From positions 1 to 16,064 of the forward strand of contig JANYLD010000302.1 of NCBI GenBank assembly GCA_025363835.1: a stretch of 16,064 nt of DNA. The letters are read 5' to 3'. Shown piece after piece: positions 6,675 to 13,781 of the stretch. Numbering within the stretch: the stretch's first letter is position 1; every line of letters begins with the position of its first letter. The notes beneath the pieces were generated by a model. That model had not been told where the DNA came from. It was given only the letters and a program-made list of their open reading frames with translations, and did not search any database. The stretch comes from Armatimonadota bacterium. GTDB taxonomy: Bacteria > Armatimonadota > Fimbriimonadia > Fimbriimonadales > Fimbriimonadaceae. The position numbers and the translations under genes were made by a program.

Positions 6675-7643
6675 TTAACCGGCCGTATGCTGCTGCTGAA
6701 CCTCAGGCTCATCGACTTTCTTGGCGGTCTGCCCTGCTAATTTGAAGCTCTCGCCCAAGGCGAGCGGTGTGACTTCGGGTTGGGGGGCTTGAGCGGGTTG
6801 TACGGCCGGAACCAGAGAGCTTATGGCCTGAATCGCGCTCATGATCTCAATCGGGACGGCCATCACCACCGTGTTGGCTTGTGAGCTTCCCAGCGAGTCC
6901 AACGTCTGCAAAGTTCGAAGTTGTAACGCACCGGGCGCGGTGGCCATCATCGTGGCTGCGGCAGCCAGATTCGCGGCCGCGAGGCGGTCGCCTTCTGACT
7001 TGGTGATGTTCGCTCGCTTTTCTCTTTCCGCTGAGGCTTGGCGAGCCATGACGCGCTTCAAGTCTTCTGGAAGGATGATGTCTTGAATTCTGATGGCGGC
7101 CACGTCCAGGCCCCATCCTTGAATCTCTGAGTCAACCATCTCCTCGATTCTCTTCCCTACCGACTCCCGGTCAGCGAGAATCTCGTCGAGAGTCACACTG
7201 CCAATCACGTCTCGCAGAGCGGTCTGCGCGTATTGGCGGATCGCGTGCACGTAGTTTTGAACCCGGATTATAGCGTCCTCGGGCTGGGACACTCGGAGGA
7301 AGATAACGGCGTCGGTGGTGACAGGGACGTTGTCTTTGGTGATCGCCTGCTGCGACGGGATGTCGATTGTGATGATGCGCGTGTCCACCATTTTCACGGT
7401 GTCAATCAAAGGCATAATCGCGAAGACACCAGGCCCTCTTACGGACTTAAACTTGCCGAGTCGGAAGACGAGGGCCTTCTCCCATTGACTCGCGGTGCGA
7501 AGCGAGGTTGAAAGGAGAAGACTCCCCAGCAACCATCCCACAAACGCGTTGGTGCTCGTAGGATCTTGCTGGAACGGGTGGAGCAGGATAAATCCAAAAG
7601 CGCCCAGAATGGCGAAGAGCATTGCCGGTAGCGGGTTACGCAT
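6675..7643 (-). CDS. SPFH/band-7 (stomatin-like) membrane protein with an Ala/Gln/Pro-rich C-terminal tail
   Basis: N-terminal TM segments (MLFAILGAFGFILL, WLLGSLLLSTSL). SPFH core motifs: ALVFRLGKFKSVRGPGVFAIMPLIDTV, TKDNVPVTTDAVIFLRV, and ALQLRTLQTL, which is the stomatin signature region. Low-complexity C-terminus: VPAVQPAQAPQPEV...QQQH. Confidence 0.8.
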   Translation of the reverse strand: MRNPLPAMLFAILGAFGFILLHPFQQDPTSTNAFVGWLLGSLLLSTSLRTASQWEKALVFRLGKFKSVRGPGVFAIMPLIDTVKMVDTRIITIDIPSQQAITKDNVPVTTDAVIFLRVSQPEDAIIRVQNYVHAIRQYAQTALRDVIGSVTLDEILADRESVGKRIEEMVDSEIQGWGLDVAAIRIQDIILPEDLKRVMARQASAEREKRANITKSEGDRLAAANLAAAATMMATAPGALQLRTLQTLDSLGSSQANTVVMAVPIEIMSAIQAISSLVPAVQPAQAPQPEVTPLALGESFKLAGQTAKKVDEPEVQQQHTAG

Positions 7644-7670
7644 AAGTTTCTACTGTTGATTATCCGCTAC

Positions 7671-8684
7671 TTATTCATCACTCGATAAGTCGGACACGGC
7701 ATCACCGATCTCGGTTACGAACTTTCCGGCGTTGCTCTTGTCGAATCCGTACCAAACGTTGGTGATCTTCCCCTTGCCGTCAACGATGTAGAACATGGGG
7801 GTTGCCCCGACGTGCCATGCGCTTCCAATCTCGCCCTTCGGGTCGTAAAAGACGGGCACGGAGCCAGCCCGAATGCCCTTCGATGAGAAGCCAGTGCTTA
7901 CGAGGAGGACCTTGATGCCCTTGACCTTCTCTATGATGGCCAGAGCGTTCTGGCTCGGTTGGGAATCTGGGTCCAGGAGTGCGATCAGGGCCGGCTTCCC
8001 TCCCAACAATGTTTGCAGGCTTTCGGAACGGCCGGCGCCGTTTGATAGCATCTGGGGCGGAAGCGCGTTGCCGATGGCTCGAGGAGGCACAAGGGTATCG
8101 ACAGAGTAGGCGCTAAATCCGGGAGGCGGCTTCAGGATGAACTTGGTATCCGAGATGACGAAGTTCTTCTTGTAGTCGCTAAATTTCAGAGTCGTCTGGA
8201 CAGGCGGATCGCCGTCTATGAAGGCGAACGCAGAGAGGTGGCCTTGGCCGTCGACAGTTCCATCGGGGACGATGATGCTTTCGTCCGTGAAAGGGACTGG
8301 AAAACAAGAGGCGACCCAACTTGAGGCGTTTGCCTGGGGCGCTTGCCAGCCCGGCACAGGGTATTCATCGTAGGCCCTGACGCTTCGATCTACTTCGGTT
8401 GCTTCACCATTGAACAGGGTGTACGTGTAGTCTTCGGGTCCCCACGTTACGTGGAAGTACAGTTTGCCCGGCCTCGCCAAAATGAGGTCAGCTTTGCCGT
8501 CCGTAGGGCGGTCCGGGCGATGCAGATCGATATGAACGGAGAGCGTCTTCGCACCTCGGACGAAAAGGATGAACCGGTTGGCTCCGCTCCCGGGGAGCTG
8601 TTGAGGGGATTTTGCATGAGCAGCATGGGGGGCGATCTTCGCTTGGGGTGCTGTGAGGAGAAGTGCAAGTAGCATGGGTCCCAT
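7671..8684 (-). CDS. Secreted hypothetical protein: LolA-like N-terminal region plus C-terminal thioredoxin-fold (redoxin-like) domain lacking CxxC
   Basis: Signal peptide MGPMLLALLLTAPQAKIAPHAAHA. The C-terminal 120 aa look like a TlpA/redoxin fold (KPALIALLDPDSQPSQNA...VLLVSTG...GATPMFYIVDGKGKI), but DPDSQPSQ sits where WCGPC is expected, so there are no catalytic cysteines. The middle region is beta-rich and LolA/LolB-like, called only by general resemblance. It is 18 nt downstream of tmk on the same strand. Confidence 0.5.
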   Translation of the reverse strand: MGPMLLALLLTAPQAKIAPHAAHAKSPQQLPGSGANRFILFVRGAKTLSVHIDLHRPDRPTDGKADLILARPGKLYFHVTWGPEDYTYTLFNGEATEVDRSVRAYDEYPVPGWQAPQANASSWVASCFPVPFTDESIIVPDGTVDGQGHLSAFAFIDGDPPVQTTLKFSDYKKNFVISDTKFILKPPPGFSAYSVDTLVPPRAIGNALPPQMLSNGAGRSESLQTLLGGKPALIALLDPDSQPSQNALAIIEKVKGIKVLLVSTGFSSKGIRAGSVPVFYDPKGEIGSAWHVGATPMFYIVDGKGKITNVWYGFDKSNAGKFVTEIGDAVSDLSSDE

Positions 8685-8701
8685 ATTCGTTTTCTTCTGT
8701 A

Positions 8702-9334
8702 TCAGCCGAGCCCTTCAAACGGCAGCGGGTCTTGTTCGTGGCTCAGTATCTCCTTGATATAGGCGTAGCAAAGGAATTCCACTTGGTCGACGGTTTTCGT
8801 GGCGTCAACAATTCGCCACCGATTTGGATCGCGTTTCGCCTCGATGAGAAAACCCTCGCGAACCCTGCGGTGGAACATGATCGGCTCATCGTCCAATCGG
8901 TCCTTGGTGGTCAGACGCTTCAAACCGATCTCAGGGTCCAAATCGAGGAGCACGGTGAGGGTTGGGGTGAGGCCGTCGGTGGCGTAGGCGTTGAGCTCTC
9001 TGACTCCGATGGGGTCGAGGCCGCGGGCATGGGCTTGGTAGACAACGGTTGAGTCTGAGTAACGGTCGCAGAGGACTACCTTCTTTGCTTCCAAGGCGGG
9101 GCGGAGCACGGTAGTCACGTGGTTGGCTCGGTCGGCGAGGAACATGAAGAGCTCGCAGCGCGAGTCGATGGCTTCCGAGTGAAGGAGGATTTCGCGAATC
9201 TTTGCGCCGACGGTGCCGGAGCCCGGCTCTCGGGTGACCAGCACATCCCGGCCCTCGCCGCGCAGCCGGTCGCCGATGCGCTGGATAATTGTTGACTTCC
9301 CGCCGCCCTCCGGGCCTTCGAATGTGATGAACAC
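8702..9334 (-). CDS. tmk: Thymidylate kinase
   Basis: P-loop at the N-terminus (MFITFEGPEGGGKST), DRY-like segment (LCDRYSDSTVVYQ) and lid region. 210 aa. GTG start at 9334. Confidence 0.85.
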   Translation of the reverse strand: MFITFEGPEGGGKSTIIQRIGDRLRGEGRDVLVTREPGSGTVGAKIREILLHSEAIDSRCELFMFLADRANHVTTVLRPALEAKKVVLCDRYSDSTVVYQAHARGLDPIGVRELNAYATDGLTPTLTVLLDLDPEIGLKRLTTKDRLDDEPIMFHRRVREGFLIEAKRDPNRWRIVDATKTVDQVEFLCYAYIKEILSHEQDPLPFEGLG

Positions 9335-9480
9335 GTTGCGATCTTACAACAGGGAGGGGGTTTTGGGTTGCTGCCGTGTCCGGCCTTTCGGCGTTACGGT
9401 GTTACTGCATTGCGGGGATATGATTGGGAGACTTAGCATTCGAAGCCAGTTTCACCTTATCCTCGGCGGAAAGTTCGGTA

Positions 9481-9545
9481 GCTCCTCAACGCCCCGCCGC
9501 AACGCCGAAAAGCCGCAATGCCGCAACGCCCCACGCCCTCGAATA
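9481..9545. repeat. Low-complexity GCCGCAAYGCC / CGCCGAAA repeat tract in the tmk-glcD divergent intergenic region
   Basis: The tract is caacgccccgccgcaacgccgaaaagccgcaatgccgcaacgccccacgccc. Short direct repeats of GCCGCAA(C/T)GCC occur three times. The same 8-mers (gccgcaat, caacgccg, cgccgaaa) recur inside the glcD insertion at 10421-10500. Confidence 0.35.
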
Positions 9546-9560
9546 CCGTAGACTCCTCCT

Positions 9561-11069
9561 GTGGATTCCATGGTTGAAGAGCTGGGCAAGTTGCTCTCGC
9601 CAGAGCGAGTCCTGAGCGGCGAGGCGGTTGCGCGTGCTTACGACTGCGACGCTTACACGGTGGATCGCTCCAAACCGACGTGCGTTGTCTTGCCGTTGGA
9701 CACGGCTGAAGTAGCCGCTGTCGTTCGCTGGTGCGTGGCCCATTCCGTTCCGTTTACGCCACGCGGCGCGGGGACCGGTTTGAGTGGCGGGGCGATGCCG
9801 GCTTTGGGCGGAGTGGTGATCTCGACCAAGAAGCTTAACAAAGTTCTCCAGATCGACATTGAGAATCGGATGCTGAAGGCGCAGGCAGGGATCGCCAACA
9901 AGCGGATATCCGACGCGGTGGCCGAGTTTGGGCTTCACTTTGCTCCAGATCCTTCGAGCCAAACGGTTTCCACGTTGGGTGGCAACATTGCCGAGAACTC
10001 GGGCGGGCCGCACACGCTGAAATATGGGGTGACGACTCAGCACATTCTGTCCGTCACCATGGTAGACCCTTTGGGCGAGGTCTTGGAGATTGGAAGTCTT
10101 GTGCCGGGTGCCCCAGGTTACGACCTTCTTGGCCTAATCGTCGGAGGCGAAGGAACGCTTGGGGTGGTTACAGAAGCTTGGGTGAAGCTGACTCCCGTGC
10201 CTGCGGCTGTGCGGACCGCTTTGGCTTCCTTTCGCACAATCCGCGATGCGACCGAGTGCGTGGCGGCGATTATCGCGAGCGGCGTAATTCCGGCTGCCCT
10301 AGAGATGATGGACAAGGGCGTTTTGCGGGCGGTGACGGCGGCCTTTAAGTTGGATTATCCGGCCGAGGCCGACGCGCTGCTACTCATCGAAGTCGACGCA
10401 AAACCAGTTTCCGAACGTAATGCCGCAATACCGAGGCCCCCTGATACCGATTCGGACCCCAACGCCGTATCGCCGAAACGCCCAACGCCGAATGAAACTG
10501 TCGAGAAAGAACTCTCCCACGTGATCGCCATCTGCAACGCCCACCACGCAATTTCGATTGACATGGCCCAGAACGAGGCGGAGCGGCAGAAGCTTTGGGT
10601 GGCACGAAAGAAGGCGATCGGAGCGATGGGGCGGTTGGCGCCGAGCATCGTCACCCACGACGGAGTCATCCCTCGGTCCAGGCTTCCGGAGATGCTGGAC
10701 TTCGTCTACGCGGTGGCAGAGAAGCACAAGATTGGGGTCGCTAACATCTTCCACGCGGGCGACGGCAACCTGCACCCGTGCTTCTACTTCGACGACCGCG
10801 ATCCGAAACAGGTGGAAGCGGTCATCGAGGCGGGCGAGGAGATTATTAAACGCTGCATCTCGTTGGGCGGCAGCGTAAGCGGGGAGCACGGGATCGGGGT
10901 TGAGAAATCCGATCTGTTGACTCTCATGTTCACGCCTGACGATCTGCGAATGCAGGCCATGTGTAAGCAGATATTTAATGACGGAATGCTCTGCAACCCC
11001 TGCAAAGTGCTGCCGAACCAGAAGGGCTGCGTGGAGCACAAGAAGCGCTGGCGCGGGGTTGGCTGGTAA
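9561..11069 (+). CDS. glcD: Glycolate oxidase FAD-linked subunit (GlcD-like FAD-binding oxidoreductase)
   Basis: FAD-binding PCMH domain (PRGAGTGLSGGAMP), then GDGNLHP and GGSVSGEHGIG. A low-complexity Pro/Asp/Asn/Thr-rich insertion (about 29 aa: AIPRPPDTDSDPNAVSPKRPTPNETVEKE) lies between the FAD domain and the cap domain. Confidence 0.8.
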   Translation: MDSMVEELGKLLSPERVLSGEAVARAYDCDAYTVDRSKPTCVVLPLDTAEVAAVVRWCVAHSVPFTPRGAGTGLSGGAMPALGGVVISTKKLNKVLQIDIENRMLKAQAGIANKRISDAVAEFGLHFAPDPSSQTVSTLGGNIAENSGGPHTLKYGVTTQHILSVTMVDPLGEVLEIGSLVPGAPGYDLLGLIVGGEGTLGVVTEAWVKLTPVPAAVRTALASFRTIRDATECVAAIIASGVIPAALEMMDKGVLRAVTAAFKLDYPAEADALLLIEVDAKPVSERNAAIPRPPDTDSDPNAVSPKRPTPNETVEKELSHVIAICNAHHAISIDMAQNEAERQKLWVARKKAIGAMGRLAPSIVTHDGVIPRSRLPEMLDFVYAVAEKHKIGVANIFHAGDGNLHPCFYFDDRDPKQVEAVIEAGEEIIKRCISLGGSVSGEHGIGVEKSDLLTLMFTPDDLRMQAMCKQIFNDGMLCNPCKVLPNQKGCVEHKKRWRGVGW

Positions 11070-12194
11070 GTGGACGCCGAGGCACGCTACGACGAAGTGC
11101 TCACAGAGGCATTGGAGCGACGTTACATCGCGGAGCGGGCTGTGACTAGGCCTCAACTACTAACGTCAATCGAGGATGTCTCCAACGTCGTCAAGAACGC
11201 GACACTGATTAGCAGCTTGACCTATAGCCTCAGCCATTGGAGGCTTCCTTCCTCAGTCTATTGGGCTCGGATGGTCGATGCGCAGCGGTGTCGAATTGAG
11301 GACATGCAGGCCTGGGAAGACGAGGGGGAACGTCAACTCTATTTGAGAGAGCACGTGAGCCGCCTCATCGAATGGGAGCATGCTTACGAGCAGTCGCATG
11401 GGCCGAAACAGCCCCCGACACAGCTGTATTTCTCAAGGCTGAAAGGTGTGGTTGAACACTATGCTGCAGATCAGGTAGTCGTCGTGCAAGGTGGCACACG
11501 AGTTCGCTCATTACAGGGCGAGTTAATAAAAGCGAATCAATGCCTTCCGATGCCCTTAGAAGACGATAATCAAGCATGGTTCGGGAGGGGCGGGCCGACT
11601 TTGACTGTCGCGGATGCGATCGGACTGAACCTGCCCCACGCTCTTGAGGCCCAGTGCGGGACATGGCGGGACTGGATTCTCGGAATGACGGTCGTTCTTG
11701 CCGATGGCACTATCGCGAAGAGCGGCAGTAGGGCGGTGAAGAACGTGGCCGGATTCGACGCGCATAAGCTTTTTGTTGGTGCGCGTTCGACTCTTGGAAT
11801 CATTGTCCAAGTCACCTTGAAGACGTTTCCGCTTGCAAGCTTGCCAATGCATGAAGGCGTCTCGGTTTTGCCGATACCGATGAAATTCAAAGATAGGTCC
11901 ATGCGGCGTAAATGCTTGTGGATTCAGCGCACGCGCAGGTCAGACTTTTCCGCAGCCTTGGTGGCCGCACGCTCAGCCCTATTAGAAAGCGATGTCGCGT
12001 CTTCGACTTTATGGGCTGAGATTCCAAAAGATAAAGAGTTGCCCCGCTTTGCAGGAGATCACGTCATCCGGAGCGGGTGTGGGGAGATGAACCTCCAAAT
12101 CACAGATCCCACGTTGGCTAGGCTGATGCAAAGGGCCAAAGCGATCTTCGACCCGACCAACAAACTCAACCCTGGCGAACTGGGAGTAGTTTAA
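11070..12194 (+). CDS. glcE: Glycolate oxidase subunit GlcE-like protein with divergent N-terminus
   Basis: The C-terminal two-thirds match GlcE: SRAVKNVAGFDAHKLFVGARSTLGIIVQVTLKTFPL, then C-terminus AKAIFDPTNKLNPGEL. The first roughly 130 aa are unlike the usual FAD-binding N-terminus. GTG start sits directly after the glcD stop. The start is uncertain. Confidence 0.6.
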   Translation: MDAEARYDEVLTEALERRYIAERAVTRPQLLTSIEDVSNVVKNATLISSLTYSLSHWRLPSSVYWARMVDAQRCRIEDMQAWEDEGERQLYLREHVSRLIEWEHAYEQSHGPKQPPTQLYFSRLKGVVEHYAADQVVVVQGGTRVRSLQGELIKANQCLPMPLEDDNQAWFGRGGPTLTVADAIGLNLPHALEAQCGTWRDWILGMTVVLADGTIAKSGSRAVKNVAGFDAHKLFVGARSTLGIIVQVTLKTFPLASLPMHEGVSVLPIPMKFKDRSMRRKCLWIQRTRRSDFSAALVAARSALLESDVASSTLWAEIPKDKELPRFAGDHVIRSGCGEMNLQITDPTLARLMQRAKAIFDPTNKLNPGELGVV

Positions 12195-12236
12195 GTTCAG
12201 GCAAGCCCCAATACCCAACACCTAATACCTTCCCCA

Positions 12237-13520
12237 ATGAAATCTCTCGACGAACTCACCTCTCACTGCATCCGATGCGGCTTCTGTTTGGAGTCCTGTC
12301 CTACGTTTGTGGAGACTGGTGAGGAGACGGAGTCCCCGCGAGGCCGGATTTATTTGGTGCGGAGCGCGGATGAGGGGAAGATTGCTTGGGAGGAGACTCG
12401 GCCGCATCTGGACCAGTGTTTGGGGTGCCGGGCCTGTGAGACGGCTTGTCCGAGCGGAGTGGAGTACGGACAGATTTTGGAGATCGCGCGGGACAGGTTG
12501 GAGCGGGAGCATCCTCAGCGGGCCAAGGCCGCTTTGTTGGATGGGCTTTCGCACCCGGGCAAGTTGAAGCTGCAGTTGTTCTTGGGGAAGATGCTGCCGG
12601 GCACGAAGATTCCTGGGTTATTGAGCCGAATGCTGTCTGGTGAGGCGCCGGAAGCGGACAAGCCTAACCCTCAACCGATGTATAGCTGGGCAGAACTAGA
12701 TGAAAGCGCATTGCCGCCGGTCAAGGGCGAGGTGTATTTGCTAGAGGGATGCGTGATGAGGGTGCTTTTTCCGGGGGTGCATCAGGCGACGCGGCGGCTG
12801 CTTCGGCGAGTTGGTTATACGGTGCGGGAGACGGAGGCCGGCTGCTGTGGCTCGCTGCATCTTCATGTTGGGTATTTGGACAAGGCGCGGTCGTATGCGG
12901 AGAAGCTCGCAGCGGCGATGCCCGATGACCTGCCCGTGATCGTAGACTCCGCAGGCTGCGGGAGCACTATGAAAGAGTATGGGAGCCTTGAGCCTTTAGC
13001 CTTGAGCCTTAGGAGCCTTGAGCCCTTAGCCTTGAGCCTTAAGGGCGAGAATTCTGGTCTTAAGGCTCAAGGCTCAGGGCTTAGCGCTTTCTCCAAGCGA
13101 GTCTTCGACATCACCGAATTCCTCCTCGCCAACGGCCTTGTGGAAGAGCTTGCCAAGACGAACCTAACCACCAAAATCACTTATCACGACGCCTGCCACC
13201 TAGCTCACAGCCAAGGCGTCCGTTCTCAGCCTCGACAGTTGCTGGAAGCGATTCCCGGTTTGCAGATTGTTGAGCTCCAGGAGGCGGATACTTGTTGTGG
13301 AAGCGCGGGGATCTATAACCTCATCCAACCTAAGATGGCCCGGCGGTTGCTGGAGAGGAAGTGGCGGAATATAGAGGCGACGGGGGCGGATTTGGTGGTG
13401 CTCGGGAATCCCGGATGCCACGCTTGGATCGCGCAGGCCGCTCGGGAACACAAGAGCGCGGTGAGGGTGGTGCACACGGCGGAGCTGTTGGAGTCGGCGT
13501 TTAGCGGATTGCCGGGTTGA
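12237..13520 (+). CDS. glcF: Glycolate oxidase iron-sulfur subunit
   Basis: Two 4Fe-4S ferredoxin motifs: CIRCGFCLESCP and CLGCRACETACP. Two CCG cysteine-rich domains: EAGCCGS...DSAGCG and DTCCGSAG...GNPGCH. The linker between the CCG domains contains an in-frame repeat array. Confidence 0.85.
   Translation: MKSLDELTSHCIRCGFCLESCPTFVETGEETESPRGRIYLVRSADEGKIAWEETRPHLDQCLGCRACETACPSGVEYGQILEIARDRLEREHPQRAKAALLDGLSHPGKLKLQLFLGKMLPGTKIPGLLSRMLSGEAPEADKPNPQPMYSWAELDESALPPVKGEVYLLEGCVMRVLFPGVHQATRRLLRRVGYTVRETEAGCCGSLHLHVGYLDKARSYAEKLAAAMPDDLPVIVDSAGCGSTMKEYGSLEPLALSLRSLEPLALSLKGENSGLKAQGSGLSAFSKRVFDITEFLLANGLVEELAKTNLTTKITYHDACHLAHSQGVRSQPRQLLEAIPGLQIVELQEADTCCGSAGIYNLIQPKMARRLLERKWRNIEATGADLVVLGNPGCHAWIAQAAREHKSAVRVVHTAELLESAFSGLPG
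12982..13041 (+). repeat. 30-bp tandem duplication built from heptanucleotide AGCCTTN units, inside glcF
   Basis: Unit 1 (12982-13011) gagccttgagcctttagccttgagccttag. Unit 2 (13012-13041) gagccttgagcccttagccttgagccttaa. The two units differ at 2 positions. Each unit is four AGCCTT(G/T/A) heptamers plus 2 nt, so the frame is kept. It encodes SLEPLALSLR twice. Confidence 0.85.
13026..13075. repeat. Inverted repeat of the heptamer array with an EcoRI-containing loop, inside glcF
   Basis: ccttgagccttaag (13029-13042) and cttaaggctcaagg (13058-13071) are reverse complements. They are separated by ggcgagaattctgg. AAGGCTC appears twice in the downstream arm, the reverse complement of GAGCCTT. Confidence 0.75.
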
Positions 13521-13561
13521 GTCGCGAACGGTCGAGCGAATGCCGGCTACCTTTTGCGAAC

Positions 13562-13585
13562 CTCTGCGTTCTCTGCGCCTCTGCG
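13562..13585 (+). repeat. Three direct CTCTGCG repeats downstream of glcF
   Basis: The tract is cctctgcgtt-ctctgcgc-ctctgcgtg, with spacings of 9 and 8 bp. GCGAA is also seen three times in the preceding 40 nt. Confidence 0.5.
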
Positions 13586-13646
13586 TGAAATCCCTAGTTT
13601 CCGTTCTTCCGACAAGTTCTAATCGCCCAAATCTCTAGTGGCTGGA

Positions 13647-13718
13647 GCCCCGCCGGAACCCCCTACCCCAACCCCTTCCCCCTCCCTGGCACAAACATCC
13701 AGGCAAGGGGCAGGGGCT
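13647..13718. other. C-run tract (G-quadruplex-competent on the minus strand) with an imperfect pyrimidine/purine hairpin
   Basis: The plus strand reads ccccgccggaaccccctaccccaaccccttccccctccctgg. On the minus strand that is six G-runs of at least 3. After an 8-nt spacer comes ccaggcaaggggcaggggc, which is partly complementary to the preceding cccttccccctccctgg. It lies in the glcF-folE2 intergenic region. Confidence 0.4.
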
Positions 13719-13781
13719 TAAGACTGCATAATCCTCAAGCGGGCGTAGGAATAGGTGCGCCTGGTTGCGCATTGATAGCAA

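Noticed and set aside
6425-6680. Possible FMN riboswitch (RFN element) upstream of ribH.
   Set aside because: I read the minus-strand leader looking for the conserved RFN boxes: GGGGCAGGGUGAAAUUCCC, CCGACAGU and GGAUG...AAGA. None is present. The structures seen are simple palindromes.
9486-11156. Antisense and alternative-frame ORFs across glcD, glcE, glcF and ribE: for example 9486..10043, 10380..11156 and 11570..11902 on the minus strand, and 10558..10878, 12307..12567 and 4846..5181 on the plus strand.
   Set aside because: Same reasoning. They lie opposite or out of frame to well-supported genes and have compositionally biased translations.
12982-13085. Repeat array in glcF as a CRISPR array.
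   Set aside because: The units are contiguous heptamers within a continuous conserved ORF. There is no spacer-repeat alternation and no cas genes.
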